Positions 42,546 through 55,115 of a DNA stretch of 64,000 nt are shown piece by piece. Every line of letters begins with the position of its first letter. Position 1 is the first letter of the stretch. This DNA comes from Catajapyx aquilonaris (taxonomy: Eukaryota), in NCBI GenBank assembly GCA_000934665.2, contig KZ538551.1:1-64000 (forward strand), given 5' to 3'. Position numbers and translations under genes: made by a program. Under the pieces are notes generated by a model. That model was not told where the DNA came from. It worked only from the letters and a program-made list of their open reading frames with translations, and made no database searches.

Positions 42546-43630
42546 CATACAATACACAACACTCCGGGGTTTTGTAGCTTACCTCCGGTGGGGTGCACCA
42601 TGACGAGTCTCCTGCAGAGGCCCTTTTCCAGCCAGTGGGAGGGAAAGGGGTGGAAAGGGGGGGTAAAAATGAGGTGGGGGGAAAGGGGGGAAGGGAGGGA
42701 AAGGGAAGGGGGGGGGGTGTTACAAGAGGTTGGAATTGGTGGCGTTGGTGGCGGGCAGGTTGAAAAAAAAAAAATTGGTCAACACGCACTCACCTCACAC
42801 ACAACTCATGTACACACACACTCACTGACGGGGGGAAAGGTACACCCGAAAAAAAACTTATCACTTGAGGGATGAAACGGGGGAGGTAGGTGGTGGGGTC
42901 AGAGGTCAAACTTGTAGGCACCACCACCACATCCCCGGCCCCCCGTCAGGCCGTGGGGGCTTGTGTGTGAACCTCCCAGAGAGTGGTGTATGTATGGAGG
43001 GGGTTTGCGGATATCGGGTGGGTGGTGGGGGAAAGATGAAGATGGGGGAGTGTGCCGCACCACTCCCACCACCCTTGACCCCCGAATGGTTGGTTGCTTG
43101 TTTTTTTTTTTTAAAGGGGAGGGTGGCAGGGGGAGGGGGGGAGGGGGTCCCCAACCGGCGCAGAAAATCACCACCCTCGCACAACCCTCCGCACTCTACA
43201 GAGCCATGATTTTTCGGCCCAGGTGCCCCAAGCACCCTTCGCTCCCAGAGTCCATGTCAGGGCGACGAAATCAATAGGGCTTAGCTTCGGCCCCTACTCG
43301 CTGGGAGGTAGCACCGTATTGATCAACACACCCACCCACACCCCCGCACACTGTGGAGATGGGGGAGCTACTGCAGACTTGGAGCACGGCGCAGGCGTCA
43401 GGGGTTTCAAAAAAATCTCATGCGACTACGGGTAGTGTGTAAAAAAAAAAAAGAAAATACGGTAATGACTGTTCAAGTGCAAGGTGCGGCCTTATTGCAC
43501 GATTCTAAGACGAAATTGCTCTAGTCGATTTGGGTCGATTCCGCATCGTTTCGGAGATAACCGCTTGGTAGGGATCAGCGTGCAGGATAGGCCACCCGGG
43601 TTGCCTGACGCGCAGGATGAGCCGGGACAT

Positions 43631-43788
43631 GCTTGTTCACACCCTCGCGATTGGAGCCTCGGTCGCACTACCAGACCCTTTCCGACTGACACAAATGTTC
43701 CGACCGGACCTATAGGGGAACCCATTTTTGTTGGGCACAAAGAGCCTGGTCGTGCGACCGAGGCTCAGATAGTGAGGGCGTAAACAGC
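43631..43788. repeat. Long imperfect hairpin (~50-bp outer stem)
   Basis: GCTTGTTCACACCCTCGCGATTGGAGCCTCGGTCGCACTACCAGACCCTTT / AAAGAGCCTGGTCGTGCGACCGAGGCTCAGATAGTGAGGGCGTAAACAGC. Confidence 0.85.
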
Positions 43789-43799
43789 AGGCCTTCAGA

Positions 43800-44335
43800 C
43801 TTTTCCTATTCCCAAAAAACTCTGTCCGTTCGTCTGTCCGTAGACAGATATCAGGGCCTAAACCGCAAGACGTAGCGACAAACGGTTTTCTGATTCGGAT
43901 TCAGATTAACCAAAAATAGGTTTCGTGGTCAACTTCCGGTTTCAGTTTTCCGGGTTCACTCGATCAAGGTCAATTTACGAGTCAGATTAGCGTTTAAATT
44001 GGGTTCCTCAGCAACGGGAAATGAGACTGACAACCACCAATGTCATTGTTGTCCAATCAGAATCGCACCGTGTCATATCGTATCTCACCGGGTTTGTCAC
44101 CCTCATTTCCCGCTGCCCAATTAGAAAATGTATATTCGAATCAAGTCGCGTGATTTGCCAATCTTGTTTCTCTCTTTTTTTTAAGAGTTATTGCACGGCT
44201 CTGTCCGTCCGTCTGTCCTAAACGGTAAGACAGAGCGACAAACTGTTTTCGGATTCGGATTCGGCGGACCCTAAATATGTTTCATGGTCAACTTGTGGTG
44301 GCCGGCCACTTCCGGTTTTCCGGATGCACTCTATC
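43800..44335 (+). mobile_element. Two tandem Helentron/HINE (DINE-1-like) fragments
   Basis: CTCTGTCCGT(T/C)CGTCTGTCC microsatellite followed by homologous AGCGACAAAC..TTTTC.GATTCGGATTC...TGGTCAACTT at ~43820 and ~44198. Confidence 0.55.
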
Positions 44336-44355
44336 CGCTAGAACCTTCCCTCTTA

Positions 44356-44855
44356 AGGTGGGTTTATACTCCGCCGTAAGGGGCGAGAAGTAGCAGTAGC
44401 GCCGTAAAGAAAGCGAGCCTGCTACTGCAAGCGGTTTATACTAGCTACTGCACGTCTACTGTATGTCAAGCATTGCCGGATTCCTAGTACCCGTGGTGTC
44501 CGCCAGGTGTCCGCAGCTCCGGTCTGCCACGGATTTTGGACTTAAATTTTTTAATACTAAAAACGTCCATGGGTCTCGGCAATGATCATATTAGCTGGCC
44601 AAAAATCAAATCGTTCCGGGAGTATGCCTTACGAGCCAGCTTTCGGACACATACGGCAAGCATTGCGGAGCTTTGCGGAGCCACCTTTTTTTTTTTGCCG
44701 TAGTGGCCTTATGACGTAGCTGAAAAGTTGAATTTCGTTCAACTTTTGCAGCGGCCGTAGGGAGTTGAAATTCATGCCGTAGTGCGCTGGCGATACAGCA
44801 GAAGGCGTGCCGTAAGCTGCCGTAGTGCCCCTTACGGCGGAGTATAAACCCACCT
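44356..44855. mobile_element. PIF/Harbinger non-autonomous element (500 bp)
   Basis: Perfect 29-bp TIR AGGTGGGTTTATACTCCGCCGTAAGGGGC with a TTA target-site duplication on both sides and internal GCCGTA subrepeats. Confidence 0.92.
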
Positions 44856-45129
44856 TTATCGCGTGCCTCTATCAGCTGTACTGGTAGGGAGTGGGGTTGC
44901 CGCTTTGGCGCTGCTGTGATGATGCTCAATTGTGTGGCAATCCTGGCGGACGATGCAACCTTTAGAGCGTCACACCGATGTCAAGACCGTGTCAGAATCG
45001 GCCGCCAGGATCTCAACACAGTTGAGCACTACAGCAGCGCCGGAGCGGAAACCTCATTCCCTACGGGTACAGCTGATAAGGGCAAGGGGGTCTCCGTAAG
45101 GCTGGTGTAGGAGTGTCAGTGGGCTGATC

Positions 45130-45235
45130 TGGGGTGAGTCATCATGTAGTACCACTACCCCTCGCACGACCCTCAAATTGGCAGTACTGTGCAGAGAGGG
45201 AGGATGCGCCATCTCTGCGAGGGCCGAGGGTACTA
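45130..45235 (+). repeat. AGATGGCGC-family copy
   Basis: CATGTAGTACCACTACCCCTCGCAC...GTGCAGAGAGGGAGGATGCGCCATCTCTGCGAGGG. Confidence 0.8.
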
Positions 45236-47369
45236 GATTTATATAGCGAACAAACTCACAAAGAATCTTCGTCAAATATATAGATATAGATTTTTGATTG
45301 CTGTTGGAAGCTAAAGAAGCTTGTTGGACCGGGCGATGGATGAAATGAAAGTGATTTAGAGTGCCGGGTATTTATGTGCAGGCTGCGTATCAAATCCAAT
45401 ATTGCAGAGCAGACTTATTATCTGCAAATATTCGGGGAGGTGCCAACACCCCCTCCCCATTGGTCAGTCCTCCCACTCTCCCCGTGTGTTAATCCGTCCC
45501 GGTAATACCGAAACTTCCGCACGTTCTTATCGACCAACAGCTCACAGCCGATTAGGCCTATAGGCGCTGGGTGGGCTAGTCGCGACTACAAACTACGTTT
45601 TGGGTGGGTGGAGCCGGGGAGAATTCCACGTATAGGCTTGCAGTCTACTTCTGACACACCCTGTGAACCCTGCTTCGATTGCAATATAGACTCGGACGTT
45701 TGTCACTTGATGCACAGTGTTTGATTGTTTGGCACCGCATAACGGGTGGGGAAACCTCACTGGTCGTGACAACAGGCCAGTTGCCGCAAATATTTCAGGG
45801 TCTCAACTCTACGCCCCCTGATCTATGCACAGGGGTCATGCAGCCAGTTGTTGCGCAATTGAACGGTAAAATCATCAAATGTTGTACCGTCAATTAATTC
45901 AGATATGCCTATAGCGTTCTAGAGAGGACACTAACCTGCACAATACTGCCGAATTTTTAGAAATAGTGTTCGTTTGTTTATAAAATGACAAATATTTTTG
46001 CAAATTAAACAAAACAATTGTTATTCAGTTATGGGATGTCAAATTTTGCCAAATTTTGGCATCGCTGCCTCCCCCCCCCCCCCCCAACTTGGGGGTAGTT
46101 GGATATTAGGCTCTCCCTCTGCACACTCCTGCCACTCTGATGGTAAAGTAGTAGGCTACTATGTGCACGTTGGTGATGAGTCACTTTGCGGACAAAGTCC
46201 ACCAGGGTGCTACAGATCCTCGATCCTCTAATTGTTGAACAGAGAAAGTGAAAGCTATGGTAACTACTACCTATAGGTGATTAGTCAACTTGTTTACGGG
46301 GTGGAATCACGTATTGTGAATTCTGCATATTATTATTATGTAATTGTAAGTTTGTTTGTCCATAGAAACGCTCCTCCATGGCATCAAACCATGGAAACAG
46401 GCCTCCCCAAGCGTAGCGTTGGAAACAAGTGCGAACAAGTGCAGCTCTTATTTACCAGTACGCCCACTACATACAGAGAGCTTAGCTATCACTGATAATT
46501 CCAACCGTGCACGTTACGCGAACTGTGGTGCGCACTCGTAAAAAAAAATCCATCTATAGTTTGCAACATTAAATAGAAAAGTAAAACTGAATATTTTTTA
46601 AATCTCAAGTTCGCTGACGACAGTTACAAAACAATGTATATTTTCCAGCTTCCCTGCATTTGAAGGCAAAACTATTTCTTTCCGAACCTTTTTTTTTCCC
46701 CCTTTTTCCTTGTTCGCAGCTCTTCAGCACAAAACGCGTTTACTTTTAAATAACTCGCAACTTTTTTCTCCTCGCAAAGTTGACATGCTCGCATTGAGTG
46801 CAATTTCGACAGACTGTTATTGGCATGTCGGGGTCCACTTCTGGTCCGGTTCGCGTTCAGAATTGCATTATTCAGCAATACAATATACGTATGTGTGTGT
46901 CCACACTCAGCGACCTCCGTGCTGCAGTAATGGAAATGCATGGTCCCCTGATTTTGTTGACACTCCCGAATCGATGACTGCCGCTCTGACAAACCTCAGA
47001 CTCCGACGCGGTTTCCTTATTAGCCCGCCAATATAATTAAAGCCCAGATGGTAGTGACGCAATCGGAAAGTCACTCGGTTTAATTTGCACCACAAATTTA
47101 TTATTGTTATTAATTATTACTTTATACGCACGCAGAGCGGTAGAGTCCGGGTGAAACAAAATTGAGCGATTGTTTACTCTTTCAACCAATTAAGTGTGGC
47201 CAGAAAATAAGTATGAAATGAATAGTTCAAATGATTACATTAATAAACAAAACTGTAATAAAATGAAATAATGAAATACCGGTACGACAAAGTGACAAAA
47301 GTAATACAACACTAATTAAAATTTATAAACATCTTACGTAGATAAGATTTCGATAATATTATTGTATAA

Positions 47370-47495
47370 TCATACATGATTATATATACGGGAAAGTTCG
47401 TTTATTCGTTCGTTCGTTCGTTTGTCCATGGAAACAGGTCTACATTGCAGCAAACCATGGAAACAGTCCGCACGAAGAACGGGCTCTACTGCTAG
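47370..47495 (+). mobile_element. Miniature non-autonomous Helitron (126 bp)
   Basis: A|TC...CTAG|T junctions, a (GTTC)n tract, and an imperfect hairpin GTCCGCACGAAGAACGGGC just before CTAG. Related fragment at 46350-46402. Confidence 0.65.
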
Positions 47496-47528
47496 TGTAA
47501 TAAATAAAATGTAATAAAATCATATGCA

Positions 47529-47556
47529 TAATAATAACAACAACAACAACAACAAC

Positions 47557-47621
<65 letters not shown>

Positions 47622-47629
47622 TAATAATA
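47529..47629. repeat. (AAC)n(AAT)n microsatellite
   Basis: Directly visible. Confidence 0.98.
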
Positions 47630-49779
47630 TTGGGTGTAGTGCAAGCCTCAGAATCGGTTTTTGCACTTTTGTTGATCCTACTGAAACTGGTTGCTGGAGT
47701 TAACAATTCAACGTTAGACTCTGAAACTGTGGGCTTAATTAGTGTAAATCAGCATTGGCTCACCCTGTACATTTTTTAAAATACAAAAAGTGACACCATC
47801 CAACAGTGATCATTGGTTTTCTCTCCTAATCCGTCACGAAAAATTGGCACCGACGATGCGTTACACGTTTTGATGAGTTTTTTTTTCCTTTCAAAAAAAC
47901 AACAACAAAAAATGCACGTATTCGCCACGCTCAAACAAATCCCTATTACCGATATTGTTTGCCAGTATAGAGAAGAGCTGCCATTGCGCACGAGTGAACC
48001 TAAGTTCAATTAGGAAAATGTCAATTTCCGTCAGATTGGTGCGTTCAATTAGCCCTTTCTGTGGTGCATGCTGTGTCTCTCGGTTATGGCGGTACTTCAC
48101 CCGGTATTAAATCACAGGGTGGTTCGCAACTATAGTCGGGCAAATTCTCAGGGTGAGTTACTGTGCATCTGAGTGTCACTTTATGTATAGAGATGTGATT
48201 TGGTTTTCGAAGGCTCGTTATCCAAATAATTGCATTCTAGAGGTTTGTTTGAACCATTATGACTCACTCTGTACATTGGGCTTACATTGTGGCTATGTTG
48301 TTTTACTTTGTAGCTACTGCATGCATTACACACATCAAATATTAACACAACTGATGCAACAATGTGGCCGTTTTCCAAACAAACTTTGTAATATTTCTGG
48401 CACAAATACTGTACGCTGTATGTTGATCCAATTGTGCAATTTAAAAATTTTCCTACCTTTTTTGGGGGGGAAGATGGGAAGCTGCTGCGTCTGACTCGAT
48501 GTCCCAAGCACCTGTAACCTGCGTAGGTTTTGTGCAACACCCGCAGTATAAGTAAAGGGGCCATTATTATTTCACATCCCCCACTCCCCCTTGAAGAGTC
48601 TTAATTTAATCAGCAGCTAAGAGTCACACATTTGCATAATTCATAGCCCTACATTTATAACTGTCATCCTCGACGTCATAAACGCAGTACAATAAACAAC
48701 ATGCACACTCCATGTACTCACAGTCAGAAGCAACATTATATAGCAAGAAAACAAGTAAGTTATTTTCCACCTCCTAAATGCAACTATAGGTCTTGCTTCA
48801 CGTCATGACCAGTCATGAACTGGGCAGGAAATTGTCGCGCAGATTAAATCAAGGTCAAGCCTGCTCCCATATTCTGCAGTCAAATAGAAATCAAGCTCTG
48901 CAGAGCAATTAGCATTATTAAATTATTAATTAATTGGCTGTTTATGCGTGTAAGCAAATTCAGTGTATGCAATTACTCGTATTAAAAATCCTTCACATTT
49001 TTTCCGATATTTTTCTCTGCAGATCTCTAGTTGCATTAGTTGAATAAAATGTGGGGACACACCAGGCCAAGGAACAGGAAAAAGTCGCTTGATTAATCAG
49101 AGTCGGGGAATAAATTGCTCTGGAGGACTATTGCACTAAAAGGACAGAACTATGCATTATTGAGTTAGGAAGAAAAGGGGAAGGAGGGGGCTGGAGGGGC
49201 TACCTATACGACTTGCTGCGTCGACTGTAGAAGATAAAAAAGAGAGGAATCAATCAATAGGTCGGAGAGTATCATCCCCCCCCCCCCAAAAAAAAGAGAG
49301 ATCTTGCACATAAACCAACAACTGATGCAGTATCGAGAGTTTCCGCCCCACTCCGCCCACTCATCTTTATTTTCGACAACAATAGAGCTACAATCGGCTC
49401 AATCACATGGAGGGGGGGGGGGGTTATAGAATCGATGAGATTTTCATGATAAAAACAGTATACCACACCATACATGGGTGGGCTTTCCTAAATGAAATTT
49501 ATTGCAAACGGCTAGCAGGTATAGCATGCACCCCACTAATTACTGGGGGTGGGTAATAAATCCATTGGCCGGTTAATCCATATCAGTAACTTAATAAATG
49601 AAATAGAGTAGCTTCCAATTAGCGCGGTGTCCAACCCCCCCCCCCCTCCCTCTCCCTACAACTTGAACGGTTTCAATGCACAAGGTGATCCAAAACACTT
49701 GATGTCTGAGGTTGCTATTGCAATTTTTTCGCGCCAATCTGCATAATAACACGCCATGAAAATATTAAGAATAGTCATC

Positions 49780-50515
49780 AAATAGGAGTATTAAAAGTTT
49801 AACTAATAATAGTCAACTAATGGGGGTATTAAAAGTAAAGTTCTAATAATAGTCAACTAATAAGAAGTACGGTATTAAAAGTAACTGATACCATTCAACT
49901 AATAACGTATTAAAACTGACAAGAAACCGCTAAAATTAACTGAGTGGCTGAGAAGCAGAGTGGTTCATGTCGAAAAAGTTAGTTTTGAGATACTATAATT
50001 ATGCATTCAAAGTTCTATAGGCTTGCCTTGCAGCCAATGTAAAAGTAAGTCACATTAACTTAATAATTTGATCAGCAAATATTACAAATAATGTCTTCAG
50101 GCCAAGTTACAAAACAGAGTTGGCCATGGGGAATGCCATGCAAGTGACAACTCAAAACGGCCGAATTTCGACATGAACCACTTTGCTTCTCAGCCACTCA
50201 ACTATTAATAAATCATTATACAGTAGCTAATAATACGCCATCAAAAAGAACTAATAAATAACTAATAACAAGCCACTAATAAAGCTGATAAGCGTGACTG
50301 TCAAAGTCTCTAATATTTAACTACTATTTATAGTCTGAAAAGTAACTAATATTTAATTAATAAAGTATTAAAAGTACCTGATAAGAAACCACTGAACGAA
50401 ACTAGTAAACAATAACCATTACAGTATGTCAGTAACTAATAATACGTCATTAAAAGTAACTAATGAGCAGCCAGGATGGGTAACCCATGAGTAACTAATA
50501 AGAAGCCACTAAGTA
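49780..50515. repeat. AT-rich degenerate (AAAAGTAACTAATAA)-type satellite hosting the Sola-like element
   Basis: Many AACTAATAA/TATTAAAAGT copies. A similar tract occurs at 11920-12065. Confidence 0.75.
49942..50199. mobile_element. Sola (Sola2-like) non-autonomous element (258 bp)
   Basis: GAG...CTC termini, ~34-bp TIR GAGTGGCTGAGAAGCA(G/A)AGTGGTTCATGTCGAAA and a 4-bp AACT duplication on both sides. Confidence 0.8.
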
Positions 50516-50619
50516 AGTGCAAGGAGCACTTCGTGGTTACTTTGAGTGGTTATCAAAAATATTGGCTGCTAATATTAGTCTGAACGATATTTTGGATTGC
50601 CCTGTAGGCCTACTGTACA

Positions 50620-50829
50620 CAGGGTGTGTCGCCGGTAATGATTTGGACGAACTTTCAGGATGGACTCTTGGGGGCTGAAGGATTACATTTTATGTGGAGG
50701 TGTCGTTTTGCGGGAGAAACCTTAGTTGCAGAGATAAACACAAGGTAAGTGCAATTTGGTTTTCTTCTCGTTAGACTCTGGGGGTATCTTGCCCCACTGG
50801 AAAAACTGGGGCAGTGCTGCACCCCCCTG
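50620..50829. mobile_element. Degenerate CAGGGTG-ended Tc1/mariner-type MITE
   Basis: CAGGGTGTG... left end and CACCCCCCTG|TA right end. Confidence 0.4.
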
Positions 50830-53800
50830 TATAAGCATCACGTAGTTATTTCCTGGCCTTATTAGCTCCATTGTTACTAGATGAGTACTTTTTTTCAGCT
50901 CTTTTTTTTATTTTTTAGTAGATGCGAGCTGGCCCCTGATGTACTCGGGCAAAACCTCCATTGTTCTGAGTCTGAAGGAAATCCGGGGGGATATCCTGGT
51001 GCCCCAGTCATTCTCCCTTGAGGCCCAAAGTTTTCATCCGGAGTAAAGCCTATAATAGTGGAAGCATAGCTGGATGATTTAGAGATGGGGTGGCGCAGAG
51101 GGGGTAATTAACAAATGGCGGAATATCATTACCTCGTGCCTGTAGGAGATCACCTGGTATGACTCGTGGATCGTAAATCAGTCGCACATGTGAGAGCACG
51201 TTCGATCCGCGATAACATTTCACACATCCGACGCCGTTCATTTTTCCAATGCACTGGACTCCACTTTTAAGTGATTATGTCAGCTGATACGTGATCAAAA
51301 GTACTCTATAAAACAATCCTCAAGTGTCGCTCAACAGGTCAATGTGTCAATAGAGACCATAAAAGGCAAAGTTTGTTTGCATGCTTGTTTATCCAGGTTC
51401 GATTACCATGGCAAATGTTTCCATCAACAACGACTAATTGTTGTTGATTACATTATCATGCCCACTGCTATATATATTAATAACTATTATTATTAAAAAA
51501 TTTATAATTATTATAATCACCATGTCAAGCTGATACATCCGGCTCCGAGAGAAGAAACGTGCATGGTAGGTATAGTGGGTTAAATACGACCGGTATGACT
51601 TATTTATGTACATTGCCATGTCCCATTATTGCAATTACACAGGAGCACTACGTACTGTACACATGCATGTAGCAATAATGCATAGTCCAGAAATCGGTGT
51701 GACATTATTATTAATCATCATTTAATTAGGTCCATTAATTATCAATGAGCAATCTCATTACTATTATGCGGTCGCATTGTCAAAGGAATCATATATTGTT
51801 CCCTGGCGACGAACAGGATTGCAACACACGCGTCGCTAAAATAATGACATAATAATAAATTCTGTGCAATGTTTTTTGAACTCGCATAGATAGTCACTGA
51901 CTGCCTACTCCTTCTGTCGAGCTGGGTAAGTCCAGAACCATGTGTGCAGGGTGTGTTAAGTCGGTTACAGGTAAGTTAATCAAAAAAGGCTACCTGCCAA
52001 AATTAATAAGTGCCTTATGCCATTGCACACTCTTGAGCACATTTTTGTCATACTGGTTATCGAAATCTACTAGTTTGAGTAGCTTCATATTTTAATCATG
52101 CACTGGGTCAGTGCAAAGAGGTCTAATTTTGTTCAATTTCGCCAATCATGACAGCAGACAAGGTACCTAGTACGTATGCTCATGATAATGGCATGTGTGT
52201 GTGTATGATCAAAATAATACATTTTCAGCTACACAACTCGAAACTGAAAGTGTCATTATTTTTCTCATCTGCATTAAATTCGGCGAATTCTGGCAGCCCT
52301 CCTCATTTCCCCAAGTAGGCCTACGTAGTGAGACCTACAAAATAATGCAGCGTCCTAATTGACATTTTGACTAAGAAGCACCTTATTGTCAGCAACGTTT
52401 ACATTAGGCTCGACGACATGAGTATATGCCTAACTTTTAATTTTTTAAAGCACAAACTTAGCATTTAAGGATAGAGTGTTCAAACAGAAATAGGCAGTAT
52501 GTATCTACGTGTGTATATATATAAATATATAAAGGAATTTGTGACACACGACAAGAAAGCCACTCGTAACAGAGGCTTCAGATATTATGAATGTAAAATT
52601 CTTCACATTTATGACTTTAATGTTGGTGTTATTGGGGTGAGGATATTTTCAAAGACCCAAATTAAAATAATATTATGTGACCTTGGAGTCATGTTATTAA
52701 TTTTATAAGAAATAAATTATTTCTTTCGTGACTTACACGACACTTGAAACGTGACTTACACGACACTTTTGTCCTCATTGCTTTCTGATTAGATTCATGA
52801 GAAGAATTTTGGATTTTTAGGACAGAAACAAAGTAATCTCTCGTATTACATGTTATTTTATGAAAACATTTAAATGAGAGGCCTACATGAGAATGTTCAG
52901 GGTTACAATATATTATTCTTAAAATTAACATTTGAACATGTATCATGCATATATAATGTGTTTACCTAAGCAGACAGCAGTGGATTCATTGTATTGTCAT
53001 GTGAGATAACCAGGTGTGATACCTGATGGTCATCGCTGGCCACACTGTCAGGGGATAATAATGCCATGAAGGCGGAATGTGTATGTAGGCGACTACAATA
53101 TAATTATGTAGTCTATACTGTATAAATTGTCCGCTATAAATTGGTACAACTTGCCCAACAAATCATGCAGTGAGTTCTGGTCATTACATTTGCAGTCAAT
53201 CCAGTTATCTGCTTTGTTATCTGTAAAACTAAAAGCGGGTTCACTACTATTTGTAGATTCTGCAGGCAAATAACACATCTGGGATGAATTAGCTCTAGGA
53301 GTACTGGAAGGTTGTGGTACAATGTCTTTAGTCTAGTGTCTAGTGAAAAATAAACAATATAGAACAAAAAAAATTGCAGCATTGGAAATAATAGAATGTT
53401 CTAGTTCATAATGCCCAAGTGTGCTGAAATAATGAGTCAACAAAAGTGGCAGGCTCCACTTTATGATGGTGCAGGTGGACACCCAGCTCTGCACTGTTGG
53501 CCTAAATGGGGGGAAACCATTGCCAAAGTCATTCCATGTGTTTTCGAGGTCAAGACCGGGGGATCAGCTTGGGGTAGGTTAGTTAAAAAAAACTATGGAC
53601 ATACCAGGAGTTCCAAAAGTTGCAAGCGGATGAAATACACACTGTACTCCCTAGCATTAATCCTTGTGTCGACGCGCGCCAAATGTCGGCCATCTTGTGC
53701 TCACTCGCGCCATCTTGTCTAACTCTAGCCTCGCACGGGGACCAACATAGCCGACAGCCCCATCTCGGTATCAACCTGTTGTGACATCACGGAAGCATAG

Positions 53801-54042
53801 CTTCGACACACACTCCCTATATTCCTGTCATGCAACCCCAAACACACCCTTGGCCCCTGGCCCTAACCTGCCCTTCACTACCTCAGCAACAACCCCGTCG
53901 AACAGCATCATGCACCCATAGTGCTCCCAAAAAATGGCCTGCAAAAAAGGCGGTGGTCGACTTATACTTACCATTGTTGGACTTGATGATCTAGTGCTAG
54001 TGTGGACTGTGTGGTCATGTCTGCCCTTGCACAGTTTACGAG

Positions 54043-54345
54043 AGCGGCCCGGGGGTCAGTGAACCCCCTGGGCGAGACAGAGGTAACTGACCCGTCAACA
54101 GCAGCGCGCGCGACATGCGTCCGATCCGAATGAAACTCGGCGGGAAAAAAAGGGGTAGAAGGAAGAGGCTACCCACATCAGCCATCGGTGATGATCAAGT
54201 TCCTGATGGCCTAGGTGGGGGCCAATAAGGCGGGCGACCCCGGAGTCGGTGAACCCCAAGCGCAAGTCACTGACCTAGCAACGGCAACGACGTGCGTCAG
54301 ATGCGCTCGTCGGGACTCGGACAGAAAAGAGGGGAGAAGGGAAAA
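54043..54345 (+). repeat. Diverged ~190-bp-period tandem duplication
   Basis: GGTCAGTGAACCCC...ACTGACC..CAAC.GCA..CGAC.TGCGTC.GAT...ACTCGG...AGGGG.AGAAGG at ~54045 and ~54235. Confidence 0.6.
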
Positions 54346-54593
54346 GACTGTTCTAGAGATGACGTCACAATGTGGAGGACGCTGATTGGCAGACCGTGTC
54401 GGCCGGTGGCGGCCATCTTGGATCCACTGTCTTCAACTGTGCTCATTTGGATCGGATCCAGGGAAGGCTGGAGGATGCTGCCATACTGATCTTGTACCTA
54501 CACAGTATGAGCTAATAAAGTAGTTTGCACATGGGCGTGTATTTTTGTAATTCTATCCCCAAGTAATGTCGAAATTACTGCCATTATACTGTA

Positions 54594-54793
54594 CAGGATG
54601 TCCCACAAGTCTGGAACCATGGGTAGTAATTGTTGTATTGTAGGATTGTATTATTATTGTTGGTTTCCAGTGCTGGTTTCCAGCCTGTAAAAATAATATT
54701 TAATTGGCACAGTTGGCATTTGGAGTTGGCACAACTGGAAACCAACAATACAATCCGATTATCATTATGGTTCCGGATTTGTGGGACACCCTA
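54594..54793. mobile_element. Tc1/mariner-type MITE related to 32610-32791
   Basis: TA|CAGGATGTCCCACAAGTCTGGAACCAT ... ATGGTTCCGGATTTGTGGGACACCCTA|TA. Shares the interior TTGGAGTTGGCACAACTGG(C/A)AACCAACAATACAATC. Confidence 0.85.
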
Positions 54794-54934
54794 TATTTGC
54801 TGTCTTCCTTACCTGTCATTTGATACATTTGGTGTAGGTGTTGCCACAGACATTTTTGGCAAGTGTACAGTAAATACACTACAATGGTGTTGAACCAGGG
54901 TTGAACCAACGATATGCCGAGGGGTCACCTCTTA

Positions 54935-55115
54935 TGAAGTCGTACTGTACTGTACGGTACACATAGATTGAAGTTCGGTTGAAGTCAGGTGAAGTCCGGA
55001 CAAGACGAAGTTCATGAAGTCATACTGAAGTCCAAGTGATGTCCTACTGAAGTCCTTGAAATCAGGTTAATGTCCGACTGAAGTCCACGTGATGTCCGGT
55101 TGAAGTCCGTCGTAC
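54935..55115 (+). repeat. ~11-bp TGAAGTCC minisatellite
   Basis: More than a dozen TGAAGTC/TGATGTCC units. Confidence 0.8.

Noticed and set aside
42487..43435. Cluster of Gly/Pro-rich ORFs
   Set aside because: Explained by G/C homopolymer runs; no recognisable domain.
47440..47706. Poly-Ile/Val membrane-like ORF
   Set aside because: Translation of an (AAT)n/(AAC)n microsatellite.
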